The notes under the pieces were generated by a model that saw only the letters and a program-made list of their open reading frames with translations, was not told the DNA's origin and did not search any database. A stretch of DNA of 64,000 nt from Octopus sinensis (Eukaryota): assembly GCF_006345805.1 (NCBI RefSeq), contig NC_043000.1, forward strand, positions 102,858,001 through 102,922,000, written 5' to 3'. Shown here piece after piece: positions 1 through 12,204 of this stretch. A program made the translations under genes and the position numbers. Position 1 is the first letter of the stretch. Each line of letters starts with the position of its first letter.

Positions 1-925
1 CAGTCAAATAAGGTACTTAAGTTGATGCACCAAGCCAGTCCAGTATTATCTGCAAGGCGCAGCAAAATGAGGTGAATAAAAAGCAAATAGTAGTACTTTA
101 CTTTATCTTAAATATTTGTGACATCATATTTTGAAGAGCTTTTCCTTGCATTTCTAGAGGATATAACATGAATGTTTTCTTTAAAATGTTAAAAAAAAAA
201 AAAAAAACTGTTTTAAATAGATTTTAGTTTGGCTAAGCTTGTAAGAGAAAAAGACTACAACAAAAGTAAATAATAAACAAAGATGTTCACAACTCTTCCT
301 TTTCCTTGCCCAAACAGGGAAATGGGAGTCAGATATGAAGGAAAGAAGAAAGAAAAGTCAGTGAAGGAAAATATACTTCAGTATTTCAAAAACCAAAACT
401 AGGACAAGGTGGATGAGTAGAGAACTCTAATGATTTATATCTAAAATATCTTGCGATTACTCCTTTTGATTAATGGTTACTTTACAAAGGCATGGAGCCT
501 AAAATTATTATAAGGGAGAGAGAATTGAGAAGATTTGAATAGAAGTGAAGCAGGTGCAAATGGAAGTGATAGCAGGTCATGCAGTTCACTGAGAAGTTAC
601 AAGCACAGTTGCATTATGCAAGCGTTTCTTCCTTTGCAACTCTTCCTGTGAGAACCCAAAACAAAGAACATAATAATAAAAAAACAAAAGAGAATATCCT
701 CCCTCTTCTCCTCCTCCTCATCATAATGTCCACTTTTCTAGACAGAATTTACTGAGGCATATTTTTTACAGCTGGATGCCCTCCCTGTTGCCAACCCTCT
801 CCCGTTTCCAAGTAAGGCTATATTTCCTCATGACAGCAATGTTTAAGTGACCGACACTCATTTACAACTATCAAACAATTTTAAGACAAGGAGATACAGA
901 CACCACTATACACCCACTTATACAT

Positions 926-964
<39 letters not shown>

Positions 965-1879
965 TAGTCTCCTGTATATTATCATTGGTACTTTTAGCCA
1001 GCTATCAAATGCAATACTTAATTGTTCAGATCATGCATTTTTTCATAGCCTCAAGATTTCAATGATATGATAGCTTATTTTTAGAATGACATTGTAGGGT
1101 AGGTGCAAGAGGCTGGATCTGGTTATGTGTGTGCATACACACATGCACAAATGAACACAAGAGTTGTATTTCCCCTGTGTTGCCATATGCATACTAATTG
1201 TCACTGGTCATACAAACAATGTTGTTTGTAAGCAATCCTCTGTGAAAGAATGTCCAGATTATGTAATTAGTCAGAGTGGTAAGTAGTCCTCATCAGAAAT
1301 ATAGAATTGTACACCCAGATTATTTATTAGACTAGCAGAAATATTACCTTGATTGGAAACAGGTGAGGGTTGACAGCAGAAAGAGCATCAGGTTGTAGAA
1401 ATATCTACTGCAACAAAGTAATCATGTGACCCGTGCAAGCACAGAAAAGTGATCATTAAAACTATGTTGATATGTGGGTGCATGTGTCTGTGCATGCATG
1501 CAAGTGTGTGATATGAAAGCAATTGTGTCTGAGTATACTGGAGTAAATTTCTTGTAGTGTAAGGTGAGCTTACTCACTAAACAGTAACATAACTCAAGGT
1601 AAACCCAACCATTTGTTAAAATAAGAACCACACTAAATGCCGAGGTCAATATAACTCACTAATACTCTTGAAACCAGTAATAAGAGAACGGTCAATTTTT
1701 TTTTTGTCAATAAACAAATTCAAAATTCATATTAAGTTAATACAATCATGTTTATTAATTCAATAAACAATGAAATCAAGCTCAATGTTCTGCATGGTAG
1801 TAGCCACAGGGCTGCTGTAGCAAAAGTCATTCTTCCATACAAGAAGGCATTTATTTAAATGGAATAGCCATATACTTAC

Positions 1880-1901
1880 TCTCAATTTACCATAATTTCT
1901 C
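1880..1901 (-). CDS. Candidate microexon of the minus-strand gene (22 nt, or 11 nt with an internal donor)
   Basis: Minus strand reads tgcaatttcctctcctgtttgttggtttgAG|GAGAAATTATGGTAAATTGAGA|GTAAGT. The donor is consensus, but the GAG acceptor is uncommon. Phase-2 reading is RNYGKLR and phase-0 reading is EKLW*. Confidence 0.3.
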
Positions 1902-1996
1902 CTCAAACCAACAAACAGGAGAGGAAATTGCATTTGTAAGTACAAAAATAATACGCATTTAGAATTTAGATAATATTATACCATTCATATATATAC

Positions 1997-2028
<32 letters not shown>

Positions 2029-2569
2029 TATACACACACATACAAGCATATTTATATATTACATTTAATTTACATCTTATGATTTTTATACACACATACA
2101 TATGAGCAAAAACATTAGCTAACTCTAATTTAGTAGACTGGGTGAAAAATAGCAGCAGCAGTAGTATAGAAAAAAGCAAACATTAATAAAAAAAAAAAAA
2201 AACTGTCCAATAGAGATTTTAAAATGAAAGAAATACAAACAGGAAGTCATTAACACTAAATAAACAGCTCAGACATAAAAAATAATAATGATATGACTAT
2301 AACTGCCCCTCCCCTCTTCATAAAAAAAAATACATCCATCAATTGGGTGGTGGCTATGTCTAAAGATACTAAAAATACTGACTTCTCCTATTGGCTCAAG
2401 GCCGTAAGAAATGGGTGTATAAAGACTGTATGTTTGGTAGTTATTTTATTCACTGTAAGGGAATGAAAGGTTGGTACCAGTAGGATTTGAAATCAGAATG
2501 TAGAAAGGACAAAGTCAACTCTTTAGTTACCGACCTGCCACAGACTGGCCCTGATTCTATGATATAACA

Positions 2570-2866
2570 CAGTGGTTCTCATCCAGGGTCCATATAAGAT
2601 TTTATTGTTAAAATTTATATGCAATAAATTGATGTTATTGCTACACTGTCCAACCCATGCCAGCATGGGAGGCGGACATTAAACGATGATGATAATGATG
2701 ATGATGAATACACAAAATATAAAAAAAAAAAATTTCTTTACCACTCCTAATAATAATCAATTATGAAAATACGAAAGGATTTTTTGTATATAGAGTGAAT
2801 GGCCATGGAGATCCATCCATAAGAATCAAAGGGGTCCAATAAGTAAAAAGTAGTTGAGAACCATTG
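2570..2866. mobile_element. hAT/Charlie-type MITE interrupted by a SINE 3' tail (about 2645-2705)
   Basis: Termini CAGTGGTTCTCA... and ...TTGAGAACCATTG are inverted repeats of the MER5/Charlie type. No clean TSD is visible. Confidence 0.6.
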
Positions 2867-2934
2867 AAAGGTGTTCAAAATTAAAACTTGCTGTCAGCAT
2901 TACTTATTAGTTTAAGTCCCAAACATCATCTAGA

Positions 2935-3122
2935 CTGTTGTATCTGGGGAGAGTCATTTTCTTTTTGTGCCTTATAATGTAACTAACACACTCACCAGTA
3001 AAATTTCCACTTATTTCTTATTTTTATTTTCCTAAAATTTTCATAGCGTCTTGCAACCTTTACCAGTGAGTGTGTTACATTATAAGGCACAAAAAGAAAA
3101 TGACTCTCCCCAGACACAACAG
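2935..3122. mobile_element. Palindromic MITE-like element with about 65-bp inverted arms
   Basis: ctgttgtatctggggagagtcattttctttttgtgccttataatgtaac... is mirrored by ...gttacattataaggcacaaaaagaaaatgactctccccagacacaacag, with an AT-rich spacer of about 55 bp. Confidence 0.75.
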
Positions 3123-5173
3123 AATATGTTTCAACACATGAACTCACATAAAGAATCTTGCAAACTAAATCCAAAAACAAAATATCATCTAGACTGCTTT
3201 ACTGTGAAAAGCAGATATATATATCCACTCAAAATTTCATTACCCTTAATTGCAAAAAGCAGTTTTATATACCAATCTATCTTTTGTTCAGGAACATCAT
3301 GCTTGAAACAGATTTCTGCTGAGATATGTGAAGTTTATCGAGGCAACACGACTTGCAGAAAATACCAGCTCTTTTCTTCTTTTTTTTTTTTTTTTTTTTT
3401 CCAGTAGATATTTAATATCATCACCAGAATAGCCATGAAATTTAATTTCACAGTGAAAGGGTTAATAATGACACAGTTACTTTATGAAATTCTCATTTAT
3501 TTTCAATTTTAGTTGAAACAGAGGCAATGTGTGTTTCAATAGAAATATAGTCACAGATGGGTGAAATAGTATTAGGCACATCAATGCTGTATTTATGCTT
3601 CTGTTGTTTCTGTAAAACTAATTAGAAATAGCTACATAATATCTATCTTCTCTACTATGGTGAGTATGCTAAAGTCTAGGTTTTGCTGAGGAGGTCAAAT
3701 AAGACAGAAGCAAGTTTGAAGCTGTCTCAATAACTTTCCATACTTATATAGTCTTTTTTCCTACTGCACAATTATTTTGAATTAGCTTTTTTTAGCACAC
3801 AGACATAGATGTGTGGTTAAAAAGTTTGCTTCCCAGTCATTTTGTTTTAGGTTCAATTCAGTCTCACTGTTTGGTATCTTGGTTAAGTGTTTTTTATTTA
3901 AAACAATGGGCCAACCAAAACCTTGTGAGTGAAAAAAGTTTAGTGTGTGTACTTCTTTGCTGCGACCACGTGATTTTGTAAACAGTTACTAGCAGGTCAG
4001 TCATGTTCAGTCTCCGACTCTTCAATATGTTCGATCATGGGGAAATAATAGCTTGCTTGGAAACGGGTGACGGTCAGTGATACGAAGGGCATCCAGCTGT
4101 AGAAAATTTGCCTCAACACATTCAATCTGCTCCATGCAAGTATAGAACAACCCATGCCAGCATGAAAAACAGATGTATGATGATGATAATAGCCTTAACA
4201 TTCTTGGAATAGATTTGACAGTATGTATACATAAAAGTTAGGCATTTTTTCTTTAATCACTAAATTCAATAAGAGCATCACCATTTAATGTCCACTTTTC
4301 CAGGCTTGCATGGGTCAAGTGGAATTTGTGGATGCAGATTTTCTATGGGCAGATACCCTTTCTGTTACAAACCCTCACTTGTTACCAAACAAAGTAACAG
4401 TCTCTCATAACTAGATATACTCTTCAAAGAAGATTGGAAACAAAGAACTTCACTGGTATGACAATGATGCTCATATACAACCACCATGTGTTGTCAAGAC
4501 AAGAGTAAGCACATGCACACACATTCACAAGGTTTGGTCATCCTAAGACTATAGAAGATACTTGTCTATGGTGCTGTGCTGCAGGATTGAATCCAGGACT
4601 ACATGTTTGGGAAGCAAGCTTCCTAGTCACACAGCCACATGATATTTATTTCAATCATGTAGAAAATTTTTAAGCATCAGCTGTCATTTAACCTCAAGTC
4701 ATTAATGATCAAGTAAAGGTATGATCAGATCAAATACACTCCAGGTATGACCACACCATCTGTCTAGTTGTATTACATTATTAAAGTTTAATGCACTGTA
4801 CTAGTTCTTTTAAAAATAATGGGGTATTATTTGAATTAGATTTGGTTGCTATTTCTAGCAGGTTGAGCAACTGTGTAGAGGTGTCCTGTTGAATAACATC
4901 AGTGATTCACTTAGCTGTTATAAATGTTATCAAATATCTTTAAAAAAACCACTTGTAACTGTCATATTTTCAACAGGCATCACCAGAACAAAAACCTGTT
5001 GCCTATTATTACATTGAAGCACATTCATTTACACGCTCATATATACACATTAAATATTAACTGACAGACACACATATATATATATAGGAATATATAAGCA
5101 AGAGCATGCATATGTATGTATTTGCACATAGACACACATGCTTATACACACTCATACAGATACTGCTAGAGGA

Positions 5174-5255
5174 TCATATCCCAATTATAGCAGCTGCTCC
5201 CCAGCTGACAAGTTTTCTCCTGGAATCAGTTAAATCATTTCTCTCCGACTGGGTC
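5174..5255 (-). CDS. Candidate alternative or terminal exon (DPVGEK* in phase 0, or TQSERNDLTDSRRKLVSWGAAAIIGI* in phase 2)
   Basis: Acceptor ctcctgtttatatttatttgtatAG|GACCCAG, followed by non-repetitive, GC-richer sequence. Confidence 0.35.
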
Positions 5256-5454
5256 CTATACAAATAAATATAAACAGGAGCACCGACAGCCACCTATTTA
5301 CTAATATCTACTCCACAGTGCTATTTCTAAAGGCGCTTTCACGCTTTTCACCCCGGTTTATAAGTTCATATTTTCTACACTGTAACTAACTTGCCAATTT
5401 ACTTAATTAGACGCCAATATCTTGTGCACCATAATTACAAAATGTTAGTGGAAT

Positions 5455-5490
5455 TTAATACTTTAAAACTATTTTGCCAAGAGGCAGAAG
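5455..5490 (-). CDS. Candidate exon after a 126-nt intron (LLPLGKIVLKY*, or a 29-nt exon 5462-5490 using a weak donor)
   Basis: Very strong acceptor tgtttgtttgttttgtttgttttgctttttctttcAG|CTTCTG, in frame (phase 0) with exon 5617-5778. Confidence 0.45.
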   Translation of the reverse strand, partial: LLPLGKIVLKY

Positions 5491-5616
5491 CTGAAAGAAA
5501 AAGCAAAACAAACAAAACAAACAAACATTAATACTATGTAGAGAAGGAAAATAAAAATATTGTGCATATGTATGTATGTGTGTGAGAGAGTGTATAAAAT
5601 TATTAAGAAAGCTCAC

Positions 5617-5778
5617 CATATTAAAGCTATTATGTATACTCTTCTCAAATTCTTCAAGATCATTGTAGACAGAGCCACTTCCGCCACCAGCAGTGTCTGT
5701 AGTACCCTCCAGGTTGGTTAACTCCCTGTGTGTTTGAAGGCTCTCACTGGCATTTACAGCCATTTTGAGTAGTCCCTC
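5617..5778 (-). CDS. Coding exon, 162 nt, phase 0-0, EGLLKMAVNASESLQTHRELTNLEGTTDTAGGGSGSVYNDLEEFEKSIHNSFNM; protein not identified
   Basis: Acceptor cgttttcttctattctcacaatctAG and donor ATG|GTGAGC. Length is a multiple of 3, only one frame is open, composition is protein-like and GC is higher than the flanks. The ATG at 5763 has an aaaATGg context and could be a start codon. Confidence 0.8.
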
Positions 5779-6295
5779 CTAGATTGTGAGAATAGAAGAA
5801 AACGAAAGCACATTAAGAATAAAGCTTAATGGAAAGATTTTACATTTCAGTAAAGAAAAAACAAAAAACATGAAACAGAAGGAAAGAACTAGCAGCTATG
5901 GGAGAAGAGACAGCTGATAGGCTTCCAGGATATTTCTCACAGTTAATGCAATATTAATCCAGAATCATAACATAAATATTCTGTTATTATAAAAGAAAAA
6001 TGCAACACAACATCAACATGAATATCATTATTATTTCAATGACTTCTCTTGTCATGCTGATAATGATTGGGATAGGTCTACAGGGCTCCACAAATTCTTT
6101 CATTCATCTTAATCATGTACCATCTTATCTGTAAGGCCCCAACATCAATGTCAAGAATAATATAACTACCAAGGAAAACTTGGTTTGTTTAACCAGATTT
6201 TCCTCTTCAACATGGCAAATTTATTCTAAGTTGATTTTTTTAATCTTATAATAATTCTGCTAGTTCATACATTACTCAGACAGTCTATAACACCT

Positions 6296-6745
6296 TCATG
6301 TAATTAGTTGAAGGGAGAGGCAAAGAGCAAGAGAAAAATGTTCATGGATGAGGATGAGGTAGAGGAAATGTAATTGTAATGCTTTTACGAGATTAGTTGA
6401 AGAGAAAGAGAGAACAAGAGGGAGAGAGAAAAAAGGATGAGGTGAAGAGGGAGAAAGAGAAAGGCAGAGAGAGAAAAAGGGGGAGAGAAAAGCATCCATG
6501 ATGTGAGGCGGGGGAATGCAATATTTATTATGTGGTTAAAAAAGTTAGTTGAAGGTAGTGATATAGAGGAGAGTTAGAAATGCAACTTCAGCAGAGGGGT
6601 GATGTTCTGATGGTGAGGTTAAAGAAAGGCAGAGAGAGAAAGAGAGAGAGGGAGAGAGATGATGATGGTGGTGAATTGAAATGTGTATTGGCTCTGACTC
6701 ATTGTCTTGGCTTATACCAGTGATGTGGTTTTCCAAGTATGCCAT
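6296..6745 (-). mobile_element. Highly decayed Penelope-like (GIY-YIG) retroelement remnant within GA/CT-rich sequence
   Basis: Minus-strand ENHITGISQDNESEPI followed by frameshifted HFNSPP resembles the EH...PVARHFN motif of Penelope GIY-YIG endonucleases. The rest is low complexity. Confidence 0.3.
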
Positions 6746-8120
6746 GTTGCATTAAATTTTTACCCTTGTGAAATTGTGACCTCTATATTTTACATCTAAA
6801 ATAATTTTTTTTTAGTTTAAAATTTTTGTGTTTTAGATACAAAATTATGACCATGTAAATTTTAAAATATGATTTTTTTTTGTTAATGGGAAAAATGGAA
6901 AAATAAGAGTGAATATTTATTTCATTAGTGCCATGAGTGACTATCTTTGATACAGACACAACACAGGCTATACTTTCAGGTTTTTTGGATAAAGTTTTCA
7001 GAAATAACCCAATAGGTTTATCATCAATTCCGTGAAATATTCACAGGTTCCGCTAGTATTTATTATTTACCAAAGTAGACAATCTGTGGATTCTACTGTT
7101 TCAGCTATTTTCCAAAGTTTACATTTTAAATCCAACTTAAATTTAAAGCACTTTATACATTAGCTATCTAACCTCAATCATTTTTATATCACCTAGATAG
7201 ATTTATACATCAATTTAAGCTAAAGTCAGGATCTTCTTGAGCTGATGTGAGTCTTTCTTGATGATACAAAAAATGGTCATTAACACCCATACTTTTGACA
7301 CGAGATACAATAAAAAAAAAAAGAAGTCTTCACATAGTCACCAGACCTATAAGAAATAATTACCAAATTACATCCTTCCACATTACAAAAATACATAGTA
7401 AATGTATAACCCAAGATATATCTGAGCATAAAGATAGGATAGTCCACTGGAACCAGGTTGACTTGATGGAAGAGGTGGGGATGGGGGATTACAATGCATG
7501 AGATTAACAACTCTGCAACTTATAATCTTTGAAAATAATTCATCTCAGACAGCCATTTAATAAAATTTTAAATAAATTTTTTTTTATTTCATACATAAGC
7601 ATGAATGTGCAACATTTTGGGGTCAGCTTATGTCTTGTGAGCGATGGAAACGTGTATGTATATGAATGCAGGCATATGTATTAATGTGTGTGTGTGTGTG
7701 TGTGCATATGTATATGATTGTTTACATTCTGTGCTGAGCTGATGTTTGTTGTCATAACCTGGTCAACAAATGTACTTTTGAGGATGAGTGGCATGAAAAA
7801 CTCTCTAGCTTAAAAAAATGAGTGTTAGTGTCAGGGAGAGCATCCAGTTGTAAAAAAACAATGTTTGTCCAACCCATGCAGCATGGGAAAATGGACATAA
7901 ACAAACAACTGAACATATATTTACTAACAAAGAAAACATTCTTTCAGATTTTAATTTTATTTACCCTAGAACAGAGTAAAAGACAGTGAAACTGAGTAAG
8001 ATTTGAACTCAGAATATAAACTAATGAAACTAAATACACGTAGCTTTTCTCATCATTAATCTATTTATCACTGATCAGGGATAAAACATTATGCACAATT
8101 GCAAACCATATTTCACTTAC

Positions 8121-8176
8121 CACAAATTGATCTATAGTCACACAAGTCAGTGATCACTTAAAACATTCTGCATATA
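8121..8176 (-). other. Candidate non-coding or poison exon (56 nt, stops in all frames)
   Basis: gtgttttctcAG|TATATG...TTTGTG|GTAAGTG, with a consensus donor. Confidence 0.25.
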
Positions 8177-8291
8177 CTGAGAAAACACTCTGGTGACTGC
8201 ACACAATGCTTAGCTACCCAGAATGCACTGGTCATTACTTGCGTTTAGATGTCCATGCTCTTTAGGCAGCACATATCTTGTACAGACTTAC

Positions 8292-8315
8292 GCACTTTTA
8301 TCTGTCAATATGGGA
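8292..8315 (-). CDS. Candidate 24-nt symmetric microexon (phase 2-2, xPILTDKSA)
   Basis: catattttttctgttcaccAG|TCCCATATTGACAGATAAAAGTGC|GTAAGT. It is frame-preserving and only one frame is open. Confidence 0.45.
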
Positions 8316-9346
8316 CTGGTGAACAGAAAAAATATGAATGATGCAGATAAGTGTAACCTTTACAGGAAAAGTTAGAGATACTCAAGAAAATAAGATAAGT
8401 GACAGTGAATGAATGCTTGTGACTGTGGGGTTTGATGTTAATGAATTTACTATTAGCTTCTTTAAAAAAAAAAAAGATGATTCATTCATCACAGATTTAT
8501 TTGTTACTGTGTTGTTTTGGAACCAAATTCCTGTGATAACGAGGACAGATGTACTATCCAATTCTACATATTACTAAAATCTAATCTAAACACCCACATC
8601 TATTGACTAATCATAATTACTAACAGAATAATGAATATTTTTATTTCTCCTGACAAATAGTCAAGAAAATTTCTGAATAAACTCAGTGAATTAAATGCAA
8701 AACATCACTTAAGCAAACCTATGATCACTGCATGTTGGTATAGGCTCCTTTTCTCTTTTCTTTGTCGCTAATAGATTTTTCCTGAACTAATATAAGAACG
8801 AGATCCAGATTCCAAGAAGACTATAATGCTAAAACTGATACAGTGAATAACAATTGAGTTAGAGAATGAGAAGTTTCACAATGAACATCACTGCTGGGTT
8901 GGAAAATAGTTGAAGAGAAAAACAGAAAAGTGTAGTAAGCATGGAAGTAAGTATAATTACAATCCAGGAAGCATCACTAATATTTAGTTCCTATGTACCA
9001 AATTTTCTAGCAGGGGAAATTTGGCAGGATACCAAAATAAAATAACTGGCCTGCATTAAGAAAAGAAAAAAGAAAAAAAAAAGAGTAGCAGAAAGAATTA
9101 AGGAGCAATTCTGGCAACTCGTTTAACTGTCTCAGAGAACTGGTTTTCAAAATTGGCATCTCAGAAGAAACTACGTTACACTAATCGGAAAAGATGGTAG
9201 AATAGAAAAACAAAGAAAAAAAGATTATCTTTTAGATGTTAAGACATTTTTTCTTTTTGTTTTTTGTTTTATAGAGAGTCCAAACTGAAAAAAGTAGAAC
9301 AAAGAATCTGAGTAACATGATTCAGCAGATAAATAATGGGAGTCTC

Positions 9347-9540
<194 letters not shown>

Positions 9541-9757
9541 ATATTTTTACTGGATTTACCAAGCTTGAATCAAATATTCTTTGTACAACGTAAGAAAATC
9601 TTCCTATTTTTTCCCAAATCTAATTAGAAATGCTTACACACACACACACTCACTCACTTTCACATATATTTATCAAGAACCTACGTCAGTGAATTTCTTT
9701 ACATTTCCATAAACCGGATTATACGAATGGATTAGAATAACCATTTTAGTGCAGAAA

Positions 9758-9826
9758 ATTATGTTGAATTCTAACGAGTGAAATGAAGTCATTATGTTGA
9801 ATTCTAACTAGTGAAATGAAGTCATT
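9758..9826. repeat. 33-bp tandem duplication (2 copies, 1 mismatch)
   Basis: attatgttgaattctaac(g/t)agtgaaatgaagtc occurs twice in tandem. Confidence 0.95.
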
Positions 9827-10712
9827 TACTAATTATCAAAAGTGGGTACCATTTTGGTACCAACCTGCCTGTGACCATCTCTGGTTCTATGATACAAGCT
9901 CCGTTTTAAAGTGAGCTGAATGAAAACACGTGGGAAATCTTTTAAAAACCTTTCACCAAAATCTCATGTTAATTTATGTTCTAAACAGCAATTTAATAAT
10001 GACAAAATCATCTTCCTAAATTCTTCATTATTTTCAAATTTAGTCAAAATGTTCAGATATGTATACATACACACTACAGATGAACCCAGTAGATGCACCT
10101 TATAGGGCAAGCAGGCTTGCATCAATATCAATAGATTGACGCCATGTGTTACTGAATACTGAATATAAATACATACATAAACACAATGAAACATATTCAC
10201 ACAACCCTGTAGCTCTAGTTAGGATTCTTGTACATGGTACCCTGGGCTCAAGTTCATCAATACCATTAGGAGTGAATTTGGAATGCGTGTACACATGCAT
10301 GTACATGTTTGCTTGTGATGCATATATCAGTGTTCTGTTTATCATCATCATCATCATCATCAACATCAGTTAATGTCCATCTTCCATGCTGACATGGGTT
10401 GGACAGTTTGACATGCCTAATTTCATAGTTTAATGGTTTAATATACAAAGCACCATCATCGTTGTTGTCGTCATCATCATTTTGACATTCATTTCCATGC
10501 TTTCATAAGTTAGATGGTGTAAATCAGAGGCAGATCTATGACCAGGTGCTCTAGCCAAGTGATTTCCCCATTGAGAAATGTTCTTGCAGGGCATTGGAAA
10601 TGAACGACACTGCTTGTATGACAACGACAATCATTTGTAACTATCAAGCAATGTCAAGGCAAGGAGAGACGGACACTCTTTCACACACACATACATCAAT
10701 ACTGCACACATA

Positions 10713-10920
10713 AGGTGGTGAGCTGGTGCTTAGTACAGACAAAATGCTTAGCAGCATTTCATCCATCCTTATGTTCTGAGTTCAAATTCTGCCAAGGTTG
10801 ACTTTGGCTTTCATCCTTTCAGGATTAATAAAATAAGTACCAGTTGAGTACTGTGGTCAATGTAATTGACTTATCCCCTTCCCCGAGATTCCTGGCCTTG
10901 TGCCAAAATTTAAAACTAAT
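10713..10920 (+). mobile_element. tRNA-derived SINE, Nin-domain-like family
   Basis: Head ggtggtgagctgg..., B-box GAGTTCAAATTC and central GCTTTCATCCTTTC...ATAAAATAAGTACCAG. Confidence 0.85.
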
Positions 10921-11299
10921 ATACTGTACATATATTTGTTATTGTGCCTAGTTGATTTATGTAAACTGCTGAAAGGTAACTGCTATATGGAATTACAGGT
11001 TCTTATCTGAAGCTATTTCTGCTTATCATTTTTATAAGGAACCAAAAGTATCAATGTTTAAAACCAATAAAATGATGAGTTCAAATTAAGCTATATCAGA
11101 TTTGTGCTTGACATGCATTCTATATGCGAAATTTATATGTGAAACCAACTAAAATTGTGTCTGTAAGCATCTTCATTATTTAACAACACACAGGATCTTT
11201 TGCTGGAAGAATCAACATTGGTAGGTTTAAACATATTTTTAATGTATGCAATCATAAACCATGCCACTGCTGAGGATAATAATAATAATGATAATAATA

Positions 11300-11512
11300 A
11301 TTGTTTCTACTGGAGGCACAAGGCCTGAAATTTGCGGGGAGGAGACTATCAATTACATCGACCCTAGTGTTTCACTGGTACTTAATTTATCAACCCCAAA
11401 AGGATGAAAGGCGAAGTCAACCTTGGCAGAATTTGAACTCAGAACACGAAGACAGATGAAACACTACCAAGCATTTCACCCAGTGTGCTAACAATTCTGC
11501 CAGCTCACTGCC
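11300..11512 (-). mobile_element. tRNA-derived SINE, Nin-domain-like family
   Basis: Reverse-complement homologue of the 10713-10920 copy, with its tail in (AAT)n. Confidence 0.85.
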
Positions 11513-12204
11513 TAGCACACAACAACAACAACAACAACCACAACAACAACCACCACAACAACCACAACAACACAACAACAACAACAAAATAACTGAAGTC
11601 CTTTTTTTTTTTTTTGCAGAAACAAACAAAAATACTCATTAACCAAAGAATTTTCTAGGAAGTAGTTAAAGATGAAAGTGAAATAAGGCACTGCAGGCAA
11701 GTCTAGTAGTAAATCTAACATTATTGTTGACACTGAGTAAAGACAAAGAAAAAAGAAAAGAAACAAAACGAAAAAGAAAAAAAAGAAAACAAAGTCTAAA
11801 TCACAGTCATTAACAAATAGACAGCCCACCCCAAATTATTGTTAAGTGACACTACTAAATGTACTAATGGGATAATGAGGAGGTCAGTAACAGCCACTTT
11901 ACATAACTGTCATCACTTAAGAAGTTTATAATACATTCAGCTGAAGTAATCAAACAGTAGAGGAAGCGTGATGGTGGAAACACTCAATTAAGTTTCAAAG
12001 ACTGTTCAATAATTCTTCACTTTGGCATGAATTACGTGAAATACCATTAAGGGACAATGAAGGAAATTTTGCAAACATTTTATCTCGCAGACTTGATAAA
12101 AGAATATAGTTCAAAATTAATCAATCAATTAATGAAATTTTTTTTCTTGTTTCCATAATGTAAATATTCAAATGAAATAACATTTCCTTTTTACCAATTT
12201 TAAT

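Noticed and set aside
5617-5700. Resemblance of DLEEFEKSIHNSF (and RNYGKLR at 1880-1901) to the dystrophin C-terminus (LEEVMEQLNNSF...RNTPGKPMR)
   Set aside because: The similarity is short, the exon phases do not line up, and no other dystrophin-like exon was seen. No gene symbol was assigned.
8775-8946. Plus-strand exon-like segment (pyrimidine tract-TAG to GTAAGT)
   Set aside because: It has stops in all frames and there is no other plus-strand gene evidence. A non-coding antisense exon cannot be excluded.
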